37,809 bases of DNA from IMG/VR virus record IMGVR_UViG_3300036760_000193, positions 155,395-193,203 of that record. One strand, 5' to 3'. Positions 1-9,236 of this stretch are shown piece by piece (the first letter of the stretch is position 1; the number at the start of each line of letters is the position of its first letter). Under the pieces are notes generated by a model. It made no database searches, was not told where the DNA came from, and saw nothing but the letters and a program-made list of their open reading frames with translations. This DNA comes from a virus. Taxonomy: Duplodnaviria > Heunggongvirae > Uroviricota > Caudoviricetes. The translations under genes were made by a program, and so were the position numbers.

Positions 1-2781
1 TCTCAACCCACTATTTGAATAAAGAGTTGTATTACCACCATAAATTATCTCTAAAGCATTATCATCATTCGATGAACCAAAAAAGAAACCATGTGTATCT
101 TGAAGAAATTCTAAAGTTTTTCCATCTGCTCCCCATAATCTATTTGTAGAAGCATAATTATCTACAAGAACTTTTGCAGTTCCATCAATTGCTACAGCAA
201 CACCACCTGCTGATATACCAAACCCAGTTCCTGTCCAATATAAACCATCTCCTGTGTGACCTGTAAAAGAAATACTTGGTGCAGCGGCAGAACCAACTGG
301 GTGAAAAGCTTCGTTTGAAAATGTTGCTTGCATATTAATATTTGTGTAATTATTTCCAGCAACAAAGTTAACACCAGCATTACCACCATTGGTTATAAAT
401 ACATCACCAACTTGAAAACCATTTCCACCATCCCCAAAGCCTATACCACCACCATTATTATAAATTGAAGGCGAACTTTGAGCGGTATTTGGTGTAACAA
501 TAACTATCGCGGCACCACCGGCACCAGCAAAAACAGTATTCGTAGCGGTAATGTTATTATTGGCTGTGAAATCGTTTGATGCTATAACAGTATCAGCGAC
601 CAAATTCAATGGACTCAAAGATTCAATAGTTAAGTTTGCTCCACGGATTCTTGTGCCAGTAACTACGGAGCTTGCGGCGTCATATCCATAACTAATTTGC
701 CCATCTCCACCCAAAGTACGTGCTGTAGTATAAACAGCATGGAAGCCGTCTTCTACTCCATTCTGCATAACTACATGGAATGTTCTGTCTGTATCTGTTC
801 CTTGAGATGAATTTGTTAAATAAGAAGAACCATCTTCTTCAAGTTCAAAAGAAGGTTCATAATTGACTGTCGCATTCGCGTTTATTGTGAAGTCTCCTGG
901 AACATTGAAAACCGCTTGTCCAAAACTATTTGATTGAATATAAAATGCTCCACCACCATCGGTAGCTGCTTTTATCCAGCTATTATCAGAATTTCCAAGA
1001 ATTAATTTATTGTTTGTACTTATTTTGAAATTATTTGTAACTGAAACATCTGTTCCATCAGTCGTTAGTGTATCAGTGTCATCAACAGCATCACCTGTAG
1101 TTGGATAGTAAGTGAATCTTCCACCTACACCCCCGTTAACTGTTCCTGAACCACCGGCTGTTGAAAATTGTGTCCAATCAACATCATCAGTTCCTAAAAC
1201 AATATCTCCGTCATGAACAACAACCCACCCCGTTCCTTCTTGAGAACCCGCTTCAACGTATGTGAAATTTCCACCAGATACTTCATTAGACGGTGTTCCG
1301 TCCATATCAGCGGAACGTGTCCATGATCCAGAATGTGCATTATAAATACCATTCTCTTTAGGATCAGACTGATCTTTTACAAGAACTCTGTCTCCATCTA
1401 CTGTAAGAATTGTATCAATTGTTAAGAAACCACCAGTTCCTAAATCTATATTGACTGTCGATGCTACACGAACTGATTGTTTTGGATCAAGACCGGCGGC
1501 AACACTATCAACATACATCTTTGTAGCTGCGTCTTGATCTGTGGTTGGATCGGCCATAGATGTAATCTTGTTACCACCCATGTCGATTGTTGAAGAACCT
1601 TGAAGAGCTATGCCAGTAGAATTGATATGAACAATATCAGTTCCACCACTTGAAAAGTTTGTTGCACCATTTGCAAAGAAAATACCTGTGTTTGCCCCAC
1701 CTGCATTAGAATTTAATACAGTTGCTCCAGCAGAACCTCCCGTATCAAATGTTAATGCTCCACCATTGTATATAGTAGCCCCACCAGTATAAAAGTCCAT
1801 TACTAATGAACCACTTACTGTGATCGCTAAGTCTCCAAGCGCACCAACAAGACCCGTGGTTGGATCACTTGTGAAAGTATAAGAAGGAAGAGAATTAGTA
1901 CCGTCAGAATTATAGATTCTGTGCGTACTTTGCAGTGTAAGTCCTGTAGAATCTACTCTTGAAATTTCTACGTCATGAACCCGCATACCAATCCAGTTAC
2001 CAGCAGATGGATCACCTGAGAATCCCGTTGCAGAATCACCAAGAGTATATGAAGCATTATTCGGGCCTGTACCATCAGCAAAGATATAATGGGCTGGCTC
2101 TAGTTCAATACCTTGTGTAGGAATACTAAATACAGCAGCACCTGCTACAGCTACGCCAATTGTATTTCCACCAACTCGATAAATACCCATTGTTGGGTCA
2201 CTTGAGAATGAATACGAAGGTAGAAGGGCTGTACCATCTTGATTCAAAATTTTACTTGAAACATTTACTGAATCAGCAACAAGATACAAAGGGCTTAAAG
2301 ACTCAACGGTAAGATTTGTACCACGTATTCTAGAACCAGTACGGGATGAACCGTCAGCATCGTAACCAAATTGTAACCAATTATCTCCAGAACCATCGAA
2401 TCTTACAGTACCGTGGTATCCAGCATCGAATCCATCATCGAATTTAACATTTATAAAACGATCTCCAGCAGTGCCTTGACCACTATCATTTCTAAGCCAC
2501 ATTTGTCCCGTTTTATACATTTCAATAGCGGGGCTAAATGAGCCAGTTCCTACAGGGTCTCCAACATTAGAATATAAATCAAACTCTCCACTAGATACTA
2601 ATTGAAAGGTTGGATCAGTTTGATTAGAAAGGTATGTTTGTCCAACTGTTAATGTATTACTAGAATCAAACTTGAAGAAAGCTTGCCCATATCCAGGTGC
2701 AGCGTTTCCTAAAATAAGTTTTTTATCATTAGTTAAAGTAAGATCAGTTGTTATTGGTGTATTTGATGGAATGTAGGACAT
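1..2781 (-). CDS. Fibre-like virion structural protein, partial (3' end beyond left edge); absent from the ORF track
   Basis: ATG at 2779-2781 with GAGGT RBS (MSYIPSNTPITTDLTL...); frame open wherever I translated it, including the last codons at base 1. G/S/T/D-rich, with repeated DG..xPSxSFxxDxxxG(I/L) motifs and a 'KITSMADPTTDQDAATKMYVD...DGDRVLVKDQSDPKENGIY...WTRSAD' segment typical of phage fibres. Confidence 0.8.
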   Translation of the reverse strand, partial: MSYIPSNTPITTDLTLTNDKKLILGNAAPGYGQAFFKFDSSNTLTVGQTYLSNQTDPTFQLVSSGEFDLYSNVGDPVGTGSFSPAIEMYKTGQMWLRNDSGQGTAGDRFINVKFDDGFDAGYHGTVRFDGSGDNWLQFGYDADGSSRTGSRIRGTNLTVESLSPLYLVADSVNVSSKILNQDGTALLPSYSFSSDPTMGIYRVGGNTIGVAVAGAAVFSIPTQGIELEPAHYIFADGTGPNNASYTLGDSATGFSGDPSAGNWIGMRVHDVEISRVDSTGLTLQSTHRIYNSDGTNSLPSYTFTSDPTTGLVGALGDLAITVSGSLVMDFYTGGATIYNGGALTFDTGGSAGATVLNSNAGGANTGIFFANGATNFSSGGTDIVHINSTGIALQGSSTIDMGGNKITSMADPTTDQDAATKMYVDSVAAGLDPKQSVRVASTVNIDLGTGGFLTIDTILTVDGDRVLVKDQSDPKENGIYNAHSGSWTRSADMDGTPSNEVSGGNFTYVEAGSQEGTGWVVVHDGDIVLGTDDVDWTQFSTAGGSGTVNGGVGGRFTYYPTTGDAVDDTDTLTTDGTDVSVTNNFKISTNNKLILGNSDNSWIKAATDGGGAFYIQSNSFGQAVFNVPGDFTINANATVNYEPSFELEEDGSSYLTNSSQGTDTDRTFHVVMQNGVEDGFHAVYTTARTLGGDGQISYGYDAASSVVTGTRIRGANLTIESLSPLNLVADTVIASNDFTANNNITATNTVFAGAGGAAIVIVTPNTAQSSPSIYNNGGGIGFGDGGNGFQVGDVFITNGGNAGVNFVAGNNYTNINMQATFSNEAFHPVGSAAAPSISFTGHTGDGLYWTGTGFGISAGGVAVAIDGTAKVLVDNYASTNRLWGADGKTLEFLQDTHGFFFGSSNDDNALEIIYGGNTTLYSNSGLR

Positions 2782-2795
2782 TTTTAATTACCTCG

Positions 2796-4250
2796 TTAGA
2801 TGATGAACCAATTTGATCCGTCACAAAGAATCATGAGAGCTTCATATTGTGTTGTCAAAATGTATGTTGGTTGACCGTCAATTGTTTCACTTGCATTTGG
2901 GTCAATTGTGACTGTGTTTGCAGAACCATCTGTCTTTTTGATAACATAAACACGCCCATTAACACTTGCAGCGGCTGGTAGAGTCACTGTAATCGCTGCA
3001 TTTGAGGTGTCTGATAAAATTGCGAATCTATCTGCTAAAGAATAAGGTGAGTCTGCATCTGTAATTGAAGAAACTGCTGTTTCAATAGCACCTTCAAGAT
3101 GTATTCTAGAAGATGTGAAGGATGCTACTTGGCTCCCTGATATAGAAATATCAAGTTCACTTCCACCAATTGCATATATTCCAGTTCCAGAATTACTACT
3201 AAATGAATAGCTTGGAACACCCGCATTGCCATCTGGGGCTAAAAGGGGAAAAGAGGCGGCTCCAACATTGTCGTCAACATATTGTTTTGTAGCGGCATCT
3301 TGTGGATTTGTTGGATCAGTTACATTATTAATAGAGTGGCTACTCATATTTAATGGAGTACCAACGTTTAAGGTGCCAAATCCATTGGGAAGAATATTTA
3401 CATCGTTTCCTTCTGGATTAATTACTAATGGGGAATTTTGCCAAGATTGTATATAACCATTGGTAGCATCTGCACCAATAGTTATTAACTCCAAACCGCT
3501 ATCATCCTCTATAGCTAACGCATAAGATGCTGTACTGGCTGGGGAAGCATTAATATTTTGTTTGATGATAACTCTACTACCATTGTAGGTAAAATTATCT
3601 GAACCTGTAAATCCACCCGATCCATCACTTATTTGGACATCATTGGTGGAACCGCTTGATGACCCACCACTAGCGGCAAAATACAGATTTCCTGATCCAT
3701 CATCATGTAAAGAATCCCCAGGTGCTCCATTAACAGATGGTAATGTCAAAATGACATTATTCGATAATGCTGGAACAAATATAATTGCTGAATATGAATC
3801 TCCACCACTATAAAGTCTTAATCCAGTTCCTTGACGCAGTTCCAAACATTGAGTGTCATCACGAAGCCTCATTAATGTATTGGTACTATCACCTTTGATA
3901 ACAAAAGACATTAATCCAGTACCATCTTTATAAATACCAGTCCCAGGTTCACTTGAAAATGCAATAGATGGGTCGCTTGCTGAACCATCTGGAATTAAGA
4001 AAGGAAAACTTACGCCGCCTCCACCTCCGCCACTGCTGGCATGTAATTCGGAATCTGGTGCTGATTGAATTATTAATATAGACCCTCTAGCAGCTAATCC
4101 GGTAAGTTCTTCTTGTAATTGTAGCAGTTCGTCGTCTGTAACAAGGTCATACAAATCTACAGTTACTGCTGGCAGTAAGTCGATTTGTGTGTGAGTTAAT
4201 TTGAACGGCAAAGCTAAATTATTTTGAACTTTACGAATAATTGTTGCCAT
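2796..4250 (-). CDS. Fibre-like structural protein (head fibre/whisker/collar type)
   Basis: AAGGAG RBS; DGSASDPSIAFSSEPGTGIY and DGNAGVPSYSFSSNSGTGIY repeats, 'INNVTDPTNPQDAATKQYVD' motif, C-terminal 'ITVTLPAA...GRVYVIKKTD...DGSNWFII' fibre-type domain. Confidence 0.7.
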   Translation of the reverse strand: MATIIRKVQNNLALPFKLTHTQIDLLPAVTVDLYDLVTDDELLQLQEELTGLAARGSILIIQSAPDSELHASSGGGGGGVSFPFLIPDGSASDPSIAFSSEPGTGIYKDGTGLMSFVIKGDSTNTLMRLRDDTQCLELRQGTGLRLYSGGDSYSAIIFVPALSNNVILTLPSVNGAPGDSLHDDGSGNLYFAASGGSSSGSTNDVQISDGSGGFTGSDNFTYNGSRVIIKQNINASPASTASYALAIEDDSGLELITIGADATNGYIQSWQNSPLVINPEGNDVNILPNGFGTLNVGTPLNMSSHSINNVTDPTNPQDAATKQYVDDNVGAASFPLLAPDGNAGVPSYSFSSNSGTGIYAIGGSELDISISGSQVASFTSSRIHLEGAIETAVSSITDADSPYSLADRFAILSDTSNAAITVTLPAAASVNGRVYVIKKTDGSANTVTIDPNASETIDGQPTYILTTQYEALMILCDGSNWFII

Positions 4251-4262
4251 AGAGAGGTCTCC

Positions 4263-4328
4263 TTAAAAAAGAAAACTACTTAGGGAATGGTGTGAGAGAT
4301 TTTGTCTCCCACACCACTCCAAAGTAGA
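4263..4328 (-). terminator. Rho-independent terminator after the major capsid gene
   Basis: - strand CTACTTTGGAGTGGTGTGGGAGA-CAAAA-TCTCTCACACCATTCCCTAAGTAG followed by TTTTCTTTTTT; two stem mismatches are G-U pairs only on the - strand. Confidence 0.85.
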
Positions 4329-4342
4329 TTCAACCTAATGAA

Positions 4343-5311
4343 TTAGGTGATTGAGATTTTTACGATACCCTTAGCGTAACGGATAACGAATCCAACGTCT
4401 TCCCAGATGGCGAAAATGTCTGCCATTTGGTTAACATCTTTCATTGTCTCAACGCTAACGTCGGTACGTACTGCAAGCACACCAAGGTATGCAGCAGGAG
4501 CCAACACATAAACGCTGGTGGAAGGAACAATTACGGACTCTAGAACATCAGTGCCCCAAATGTTTCCGACTTTACCGGCTTTCAGTGCTGCTTCTTGGAA
4601 GTTAGGTGCGAAAATACCTGCACCACCACCAGTTCCCGCAGGCCCTGTGTTAAACAGCATGAGGTCTTTTGTTCTAAGCGGATTCAAATAAATCTTTGAA
4701 GCCGTCAAGAGCTTAGACCGCAGTGTTACGATAGACTCTACCAAAACTTCTTGGCTCAAGCGGGTTGCGCTTGTCAATAAGGTAGGGTTATTGGTCGCAG
4801 CGGTTGTACCAGCAAGTGATGCTACTGGTGTTTGCCCTGTTAGACCAGAGGCGAAGTCAATAAGACTAAAGCCTCTCGTATCCTCTTGAAGCATGATGGA
4901 AGCTTTAGCTCTTTCCTGGGTACGGTTAAGAATATCGTACTTGCGGAAGTTGCTTTCGTTCCAACGGATCAAGGGACGTGTTGCAATAGGTGAGGTTTCT
5001 ACACGAATACGGTCTGCTGTGACTACCAATTCCTGTGGAAGACCGTTGACAGCGATGCTGGCTGCTGGCACATCGACATCTGCGTCGAATACGGCTTCTT
5101 CACCCAATGCGAGTTTGTAAGTTTGGAACAGTTGACGAATTCTGCCTTCGTACAAAAGGTCACGTTTCAGAGGTGATAGCATCTGTTGCGCGATCTTCTG
5201 CATTCCGCCAGGGGATTGCATCAATCTGGTCAACTTTTGTTCTACCTGAGCCGCCGTGAGACCACGGGCGTAAATGTCGTCAGGTGAACCTGTTTTTAGT
5301 TGCTCATTCAT
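4343..5311 (-). CDS. Major capsid protein (HK97 fold, encapsulin-like type)
   Basis: 322 aa; order protease/scaffold - decoration - this gene - terminator; AAGGAG RBS; 'PLKRDLLYEGRIRQL', 'QERAKASIMLQEDTRGFSLID' backbone helix and C-terminal 'WEDVGFVIRYAKGIVKI' fit HK97-fold capsids. Confidence 0.85.
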   Translation of the reverse strand: MNEQLKTGSPDDIYARGLTAAQVEQKLTRLMQSPGGMQKIAQQMLSPLKRDLLYEGRIRQLFQTYKLALGEEAVFDADVDVPAASIAVNGLPQELVVTADRIRVETSPIATRPLIRWNESNFRKYDILNRTQERAKASIMLQEDTRGFSLIDFASGLTGQTPVASLAGTTAATNNPTLLTSATRLSQEVLVESIVTLRSKLLTASKIYLNPLRTKDLMLFNTGPAGTGGGAGIFAPNFQEAALKAGKVGNIWGTDVLESVIVPSTSVYVLAPAAYLGVLAVRTDVSVETMKDVNQMADIFAIWEDVGFVIRYAKGIVKISIT

Positions 5312-5381
5312 TGAAGATAATTCTCCTTAATTAAATTCTAGTCACAAAAATTTTGCGATCTAGTGTACTGCTAATTCAATC

Positions 5382-5855
5382 TTATAGATCGAATTTTACT
5401 CGAAGACGAGTAACTGGGGAGCCTTCAAAATCGAGAACTACTCCGATTTTTTGGCGAGGTCCAGTACCGACAGAGGTGACTTTTCCGTTTTCTTTCGCAT
5501 AAACTGGGCGATTTAGAACGTATGTGTCAGCCGCTTCATAAGGTGCTCCACGTCCGTCATCAAACAGTTCCAAGATGGAACCGGTTGTGAAGGCACTTAC
5601 GAGACCACCACGGGCGAAGTTCGTGTAATCGAATCCTTCTCCTGCGGTTTGTCCTGACATAGGTGCAATCGGAGGCTGCGCTGTTGATTCTGCCGCAATT
5701 CCGAAAGGCAAGTCTAGCCAAGAACCGTCATCATAAGGTTTAACTGTGGTGGCTGTTGCCAAGACCAAAGGCTGTCCTGCGATAATCGCAGTTACGCCCG
5801 TGGCTGGTTTCAAACCCTCAGTACGGTTGTTTTCACGTATAACTCTTACTGCCAT
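5382..5855 (-). CDS. Head decoration/cement protein
   Basis: 157 aa immediately upstream of the MCP; 'IIAGQPLVL...GIAAE...VYAKENGKVT...IGVV' pattern of beta-tulip-type cement proteins; AAGGAG RBS. Confidence 0.65.
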   Translation of the reverse strand: MAVRVIRENNRTEGLKPATGVTAIIAGQPLVLATATTVKPYDDGSWLDLPFGIAAESTAQPPIAPMSGQTAGEGFDYTNFARGGLVSAFTTGSILELFDDGRGAPYEAADTYVLNRPVYAKENGKVTSVGTGPRQKIGVVLDFEGSPVTRLRVKFDL

Positions 5856-6038
5856 AGTATTAATCTCCTTACTAATAATTAGTAGAGTTTTTGCTACTTC
5901 TCGTCTCTTCGTCTTCGTACACTAGGGAACTTGGCACTACTGTTGACAAGCCCCATAAATTTCTTCGCTTTTAACTTTTATCTTAAATCATTTACTGCCT
6001 TCTGCAATTTCTTGTTGCAGAATTTTTTTGATAAAATC

Positions 6039-7667
6039 TTACTTAAGTCCGCCGCCATTACCCATAGAATTGAAGATGTCATCTACTTCATGGTCTTCAC
6101 TAGCTGTGTAATTAAGATGAAGAGGATTTGCAAGTCTGCTGCTTGCCTCTTTTCTAATTTTTACATTCTTAACACCATCTTCAAATGACTTGAGAGAAAT
6201 GTCATCCATAGCTAGAAGCGTCTTCACTTGCTTATTTACAGCTTTCTTCAAGGCTGCTTCTCTTGCATCAAGCAAGGTAGAACCACCCTTTATAAATACT
6301 TCAATTTCTGATTGCTCTATGTTAACCATATCTTTTTGTAACATCAAAGCAACTACTGTCTTGCAATGCTCTGTTCGTGCTTGCAACAGAGAACTAAATT
6401 TTTTGGCGTTGATTTCAGCTTCTTGAGCTTTCAATGCGGCTTCTTTCTTGTCAAGCTCTTCGGCTTTCTTCGTGATGGCAGCTTTTTCATGAGAAGCATA
6501 GGCTTCTTCTTTGCTAACTTCAGCTGGTTTTTCTTCAACTGGTGTTGGGCCTTCCATCTTAGGCTCTTCTGCTGCTGGAGCTTCTGGAGTTGCAGGAGCC
6601 ATTTCATCTTTCTTCTCAGATACACCAAGAATAGATTGAAGTAGTTTCATAACAGAAGGTACGTCGAGGCCAAAACCGTCTGGCATACGCTTCGCTTCCG
6701 TTCCTGCTGCGTCTGTGACAACGATTTCTTGAGTCTTAGGGTCTTTCTTCGCCGTCATACCTTCAGCAATTACAATTCCATCGTCCAATTTGTCAAATGC
6801 ACTCTTAGGAGCTTCCATTGGAGCTTCACCTGGTTTAGCAGGTGGGATTGGAGCATCTTCTGGCTTTTGATCTACTGGAACTTCCTCTACCTTCATACCT
6901 GGCTCTTCAACTGCTGGTTCTGCGCCGGGGAAATCTGCTTTTTTCTCAACAGCTGCTTCTTTCTTCTCAGATTCTGGCTTAGATGACTCTAAATGTGCGC
7001 CGACTTCTGTTTCATCAGCCTTGTGAAGGGCGTCCTGAGTTTTATCAGCTGCTTTGTCTTCTTTTGTCTCTTTACCAGGTTTCACGAAAGAACCTTCTGG
7101 CTTAGAAACGGTTGTTTCTGTTTTAAGGTGTTTCTCTTTCTCAGCGACTTTGAATCCAAGGCCGAGAATTTCTGCTGTTTTTGCAAAACCGACTTTCTTA
7201 AATGTTTCTACGAGTTTATCACCATAGGAAGCACTTGCTGTCCAGGAACGATACTTTTCATCCGCCAACTGGTCTTCATCCCACAAGTTTTCAACAGAAG
7301 CTTTAAGAATTTGTTTGTCACCTTGATACAATGCCCAAGATGATTTCTTAAAATCTTCATTTTTGGTGAATTCTGCACGGACATCTGTAGAAGCTGCTTT
7401 TTCTACTCCGCCCTTAGAGACTTTTTCGATCTCTTTCTTCACAGCGGTACTAAATACTTTGCCCAAAGGAGAGTTTTTTACTGCTGCGATAGCTTTGTCC
7501 AAAATTGTTTCATCAGTTTTCACTGGTTCTACTTTAACAGGAACTTCTGCTGTTTTTTCTAACTTTTTTTCCATCCATTTTGCAAATTCAATATACTCTA
7601 GAGCATTAAGCTTAGAAAGAGCCGATGGATTGGAATTTTCCGCTGTTGGCGTTACTTTGTCAGACAT
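6039..7667 (-). CDS. Putative nested in-frame scaffolding protein (MSDKVTPT...)
   Basis: Perfect AAGGAGG followed by AAAGTAAA-ATG (7665-7667), in frame, right after the protease domain. Confidence 0.6.
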   Translation of the reverse strand: MSDKVTPTAENSNPSALSKLNALEYIEFAKWMEKKLEKTAEVPVKVEPVKTDETILDKAIAAVKNSPLGKVFSTAVKKEIEKVSKGGVEKAASTDVRAEFTKNEDFKKSSWALYQGDKQILKASVENLWDEDQLADEKYRSWTASASYGDKLVETFKKVGFAKTAEILGLGFKVAEKEKHLKTETTVSKPEGSFVKPGKETKEDKAADKTQDALHKADETEVGAHLESSKPESEKKEAAVEKKADFPGAEPAVEEPGMKVEEVPVDQKPEDAPIPPAKPGEAPMEAPKSAFDKLDDGIVIAEGMTAKKDPKTQEIVVTDAAGTEAKRMPDGFGLDVPSVMKLLQSILGVSEKKDEMAPATPEAPAAEEPKMEGPTPVEEKPAEVSKEEAYASHEKAAITKKAEELDKKEAALKAQEAEINAKKFSSLLQARTEHCKTVVALMLQKDMVNIEQSEIEVFIKGGSTLLDAREAALKKAVNKQVKTLLAMDDISLKSFEDGVKNVKIRKEASSRLANPLHLNYTASEDHEVDDIFNSMGNGGGLK

Positions 7668-8516
7668 TTTACTTTCCTCCTTGGGAACAGTGCAGCCACA
7701 AAAATCTGCTTGTATTTTTTTCTTTGTTTCATCGTCCAAGCTTGCCAAGATCGTTTTCAGGTGTGACTGTTCTGTAGCGTCTAGAGAAGCATTTTTGCTG
7801 ATTTTGTTTTTCAAATTTGAGGCTATGATACCTTTAATGAACGCACTAGCATCTGCGGGTACATTAACAATTGAAAGTTCATTAAATACTAAGCCACTAT
7901 TAATAGAAAACGCCAAAGTGTCTGCACCCTTTTGAATTCCATACTCTGGAATGTCCACCTCTGCAATGTGTTTCTTCAAAATGCCAGATGGCTCAAGGTG
8001 AGCGCACTTTTGGTCATCATCTGTATGAATGACTGTACCACAAACCGAACACATAGAGGACTCGCAAGAGCATCCCATCGAAACAGTATTAAGTTCGCCC
8101 GTCTCAACCTTCCGGGAGATTTCTGGGTGGAGCTTTCTGTCTATCTTTGCTAAGCACTCTATGTAATATTCACCTGTCTCTGGGTCTTCAACAGGATAAG
8201 CGTCTAAAATTTTTCCAATACTCTTAACTGGATGATCTGATTCATGGTTCAAAAATAAATTACGGCCAGCAAACGTCGAATAAGAAGCTTCAAGTTCTCT
8301 ACGTGGAAAGTAATCTCCGTTCCCATTGGGATTCGGGACACCTTTCTCTGCACCCTGATCTCCTGCTGAAATAGCTCTAGCTCTAAAATACAAAAATTCT
8401 GCATTGCGCGGTTCAATGACTTTTTGTTCTGCCTGTGGTTTCTCGACAACGATATCTTCGAGTGTTACACCCGCAGCCGCGATCTTCACCAATGATCCAA
8501 TTTTATGTAGTGCCAT
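6039..8516 (-). CDS. Prohead maturation protease fused to scaffold/core region
   Basis: Start moved to ATG 8514-8516 (GAGGT RBS; MALHKIGS). N-domain has NGNGDYF, LFLNH (putative catalytic His), SIGKILD, VSMGC (putative catalytic Ser), a Cys/His insert and ELSIVNVPAD, as in HK97/herpes-fold prohead proteases; long E/K/P/A-rich C-terminal part. Confidence 0.8.
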   Translation of the reverse strand: MALHKIGSLVKIAAAGVTLEDIVVEKPQAEQKVIEPRNAEFLYFRARAISAGDQGAEKGVPNPNGNGDYFPRRELEASYSTFAGRNLFLNHESDHPVKSIGKILDAYPVEDPETGEYYIECLAKIDRKLHPEISRKVETGELNTVSMGCSCESSMCSVCGTVIHTDDDQKCAHLEPSGILKKHIAEVDIPEYGIQKGADTLAFSINSGLVFNELSIVNVPADASAFIKGIIASNLKNKISKNASLDATEQSHLKTILASLDDETKKKIQADFCGCTVPKEESKMSDKVTPTAENSNPSALSKLNALEYIEFAKWMEKKLEKTAEVPVKVEPVKTDETILDKAIAAVKNSPLGKVFSTAVKKEIEKVSKGGVEKAASTDVRAEFTKNEDFKKSSWALYQGDKQILKASVENLWDEDQLADEKYRSWTASASYGDKLVETFKKVGFAKTAEILGLGFKVAEKEKHLKTETTVSKPEGSFVKPGKETKEDKAADKTQDALHKADETEVGAHLESSKPESEKKEAAVEKKADFPGAEPAVEEPGMKVEEVPVDQKPEDAPIPPAKPGEAPMEAPKSAFDKLDDGIVIAEGMTAKKDPKTQEIVVTDAAGTEAKRMPDGFGLDVPSVMKLLQSILGVSEKKDEMAPATPEAPAAEEPKMEGPTPVEEKPAEVSKEEAYASHEKAAITKKAEELDKKEAALKAQEAEINAKKFSSLLQARTEHCKTVVALMLQKDMVNIEQSEIEVFIKGGSTLLDAREAALKKAVNKQVKTLLAMDDISLKSFEDGVKNVKIRKEASSRLANPLHLNYTASEDHEVDDIFNSMGNGGGLK

Positions 8517-8517
8517 T

Positions 8518-8937
8518 TTATACCTCTTGTACGTTTCCAAAACTATCAACTTGAAGATTTGGAAGGCCGTCTCCCATAACAACTACACTACAATTGTTAT
8601 CTCCTGGGTGTGATCTCTCAAATATCGGTGCGTCATGTACTAACCCAGATAAAAAATCTTCCAAAGTCCATTGTTGGTTATTCAACTCTACGCATACACT
8701 ATGATTCGACATTCCAGAATTCCATTGAACTGTCTGATACCCGTCATGTAGCAAATTTTCAAGTGTGGGTCTAGACAAGTCCTGTCGGTTATTACCGATA
8801 GCTTCTTTTTTAATGTCAAACCGAGCTTCTTTCTCTGAGGTGATCTTGTTCTTTACTACCTCATCAACCCAGGTTGCAAAATTATTCGTGTTTTTCTCCA
8901 AGCTCATATCCGTAGGACTCCAATATTTTTGACCCAT
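8518..8937 (-). CDS. Minimal MuF/SPP1 gp7-like head morphogenesis protein
   Basis: Between portal and protease; 'W...CVELNNQ...F...HPGDNNC' resembles the MuF C-terminal C...HPxC motif. Start may be the ATG at 8907. Confidence 0.5.
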   Translation of the reverse strand: MGQKYWSPTDMSLEKNTNNFATWVDEVVKNKITSEKEARFDIKKEAIGNNRQDLSRPTLENLLHDGYQTVQWNSGMSNHSVCVELNNQQWTLEDFLSGLVHDAPIFERSHPGDNNCSVVVMGDGLPNLQVDSFGNVQEV

Positions 8938-9151
8938 ATTCTGCGGTCTTATAAAATTCGTCCTTTATGGTACGAGAAAACTGAGTCAACTGACGATCTG
9001 TCATCGGAGAAATTCTAGCTTCATCTAAAGCCTTCCCAATGCACCGTTGAATCAAAAATTTGATAAATAAGTCCATGTAAATCTTTTTCTCACCATTTGC
9101 TTCGTAAGCATAGGACTGTTCTTCTTCTTTATGTACTGGTTTGTCGTTCAT
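8882..9151 (-). CDS. Hypothetical protein
   Basis: AAGGAG RBS; first gene downstream of the motif copy at 9206. Confidence 0.65.
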   Translation of the reverse strand: MNDKPVHKEEEQSYAYEANGEKKIYMDLFIKFLIQRCIGKALDEARISPMTDRQLTQFSRTIKDEFYKTAEYGSKILESYGYELGEKHE

Positions 9152-9205
9152 TTTCTGCTCCTTGTCTTTTCTTTTGTACAGGCGTAATTGTAAGGCAACA
9201 TGCCT

Positions 9206-9236
9206 GTATATAACTATTCGAAAATATTATACTTTT
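9206..9236 (-). promoter_or_regulatory. Conserved 31-bp dyad motif, copy 1 (putative late promoter/operator)
   Basis: - strand AAAAGTATAATATTTTCGAATAGTTATATAC; near-identical copies at 18808, 35184 and 36755. Confidence 0.7.
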
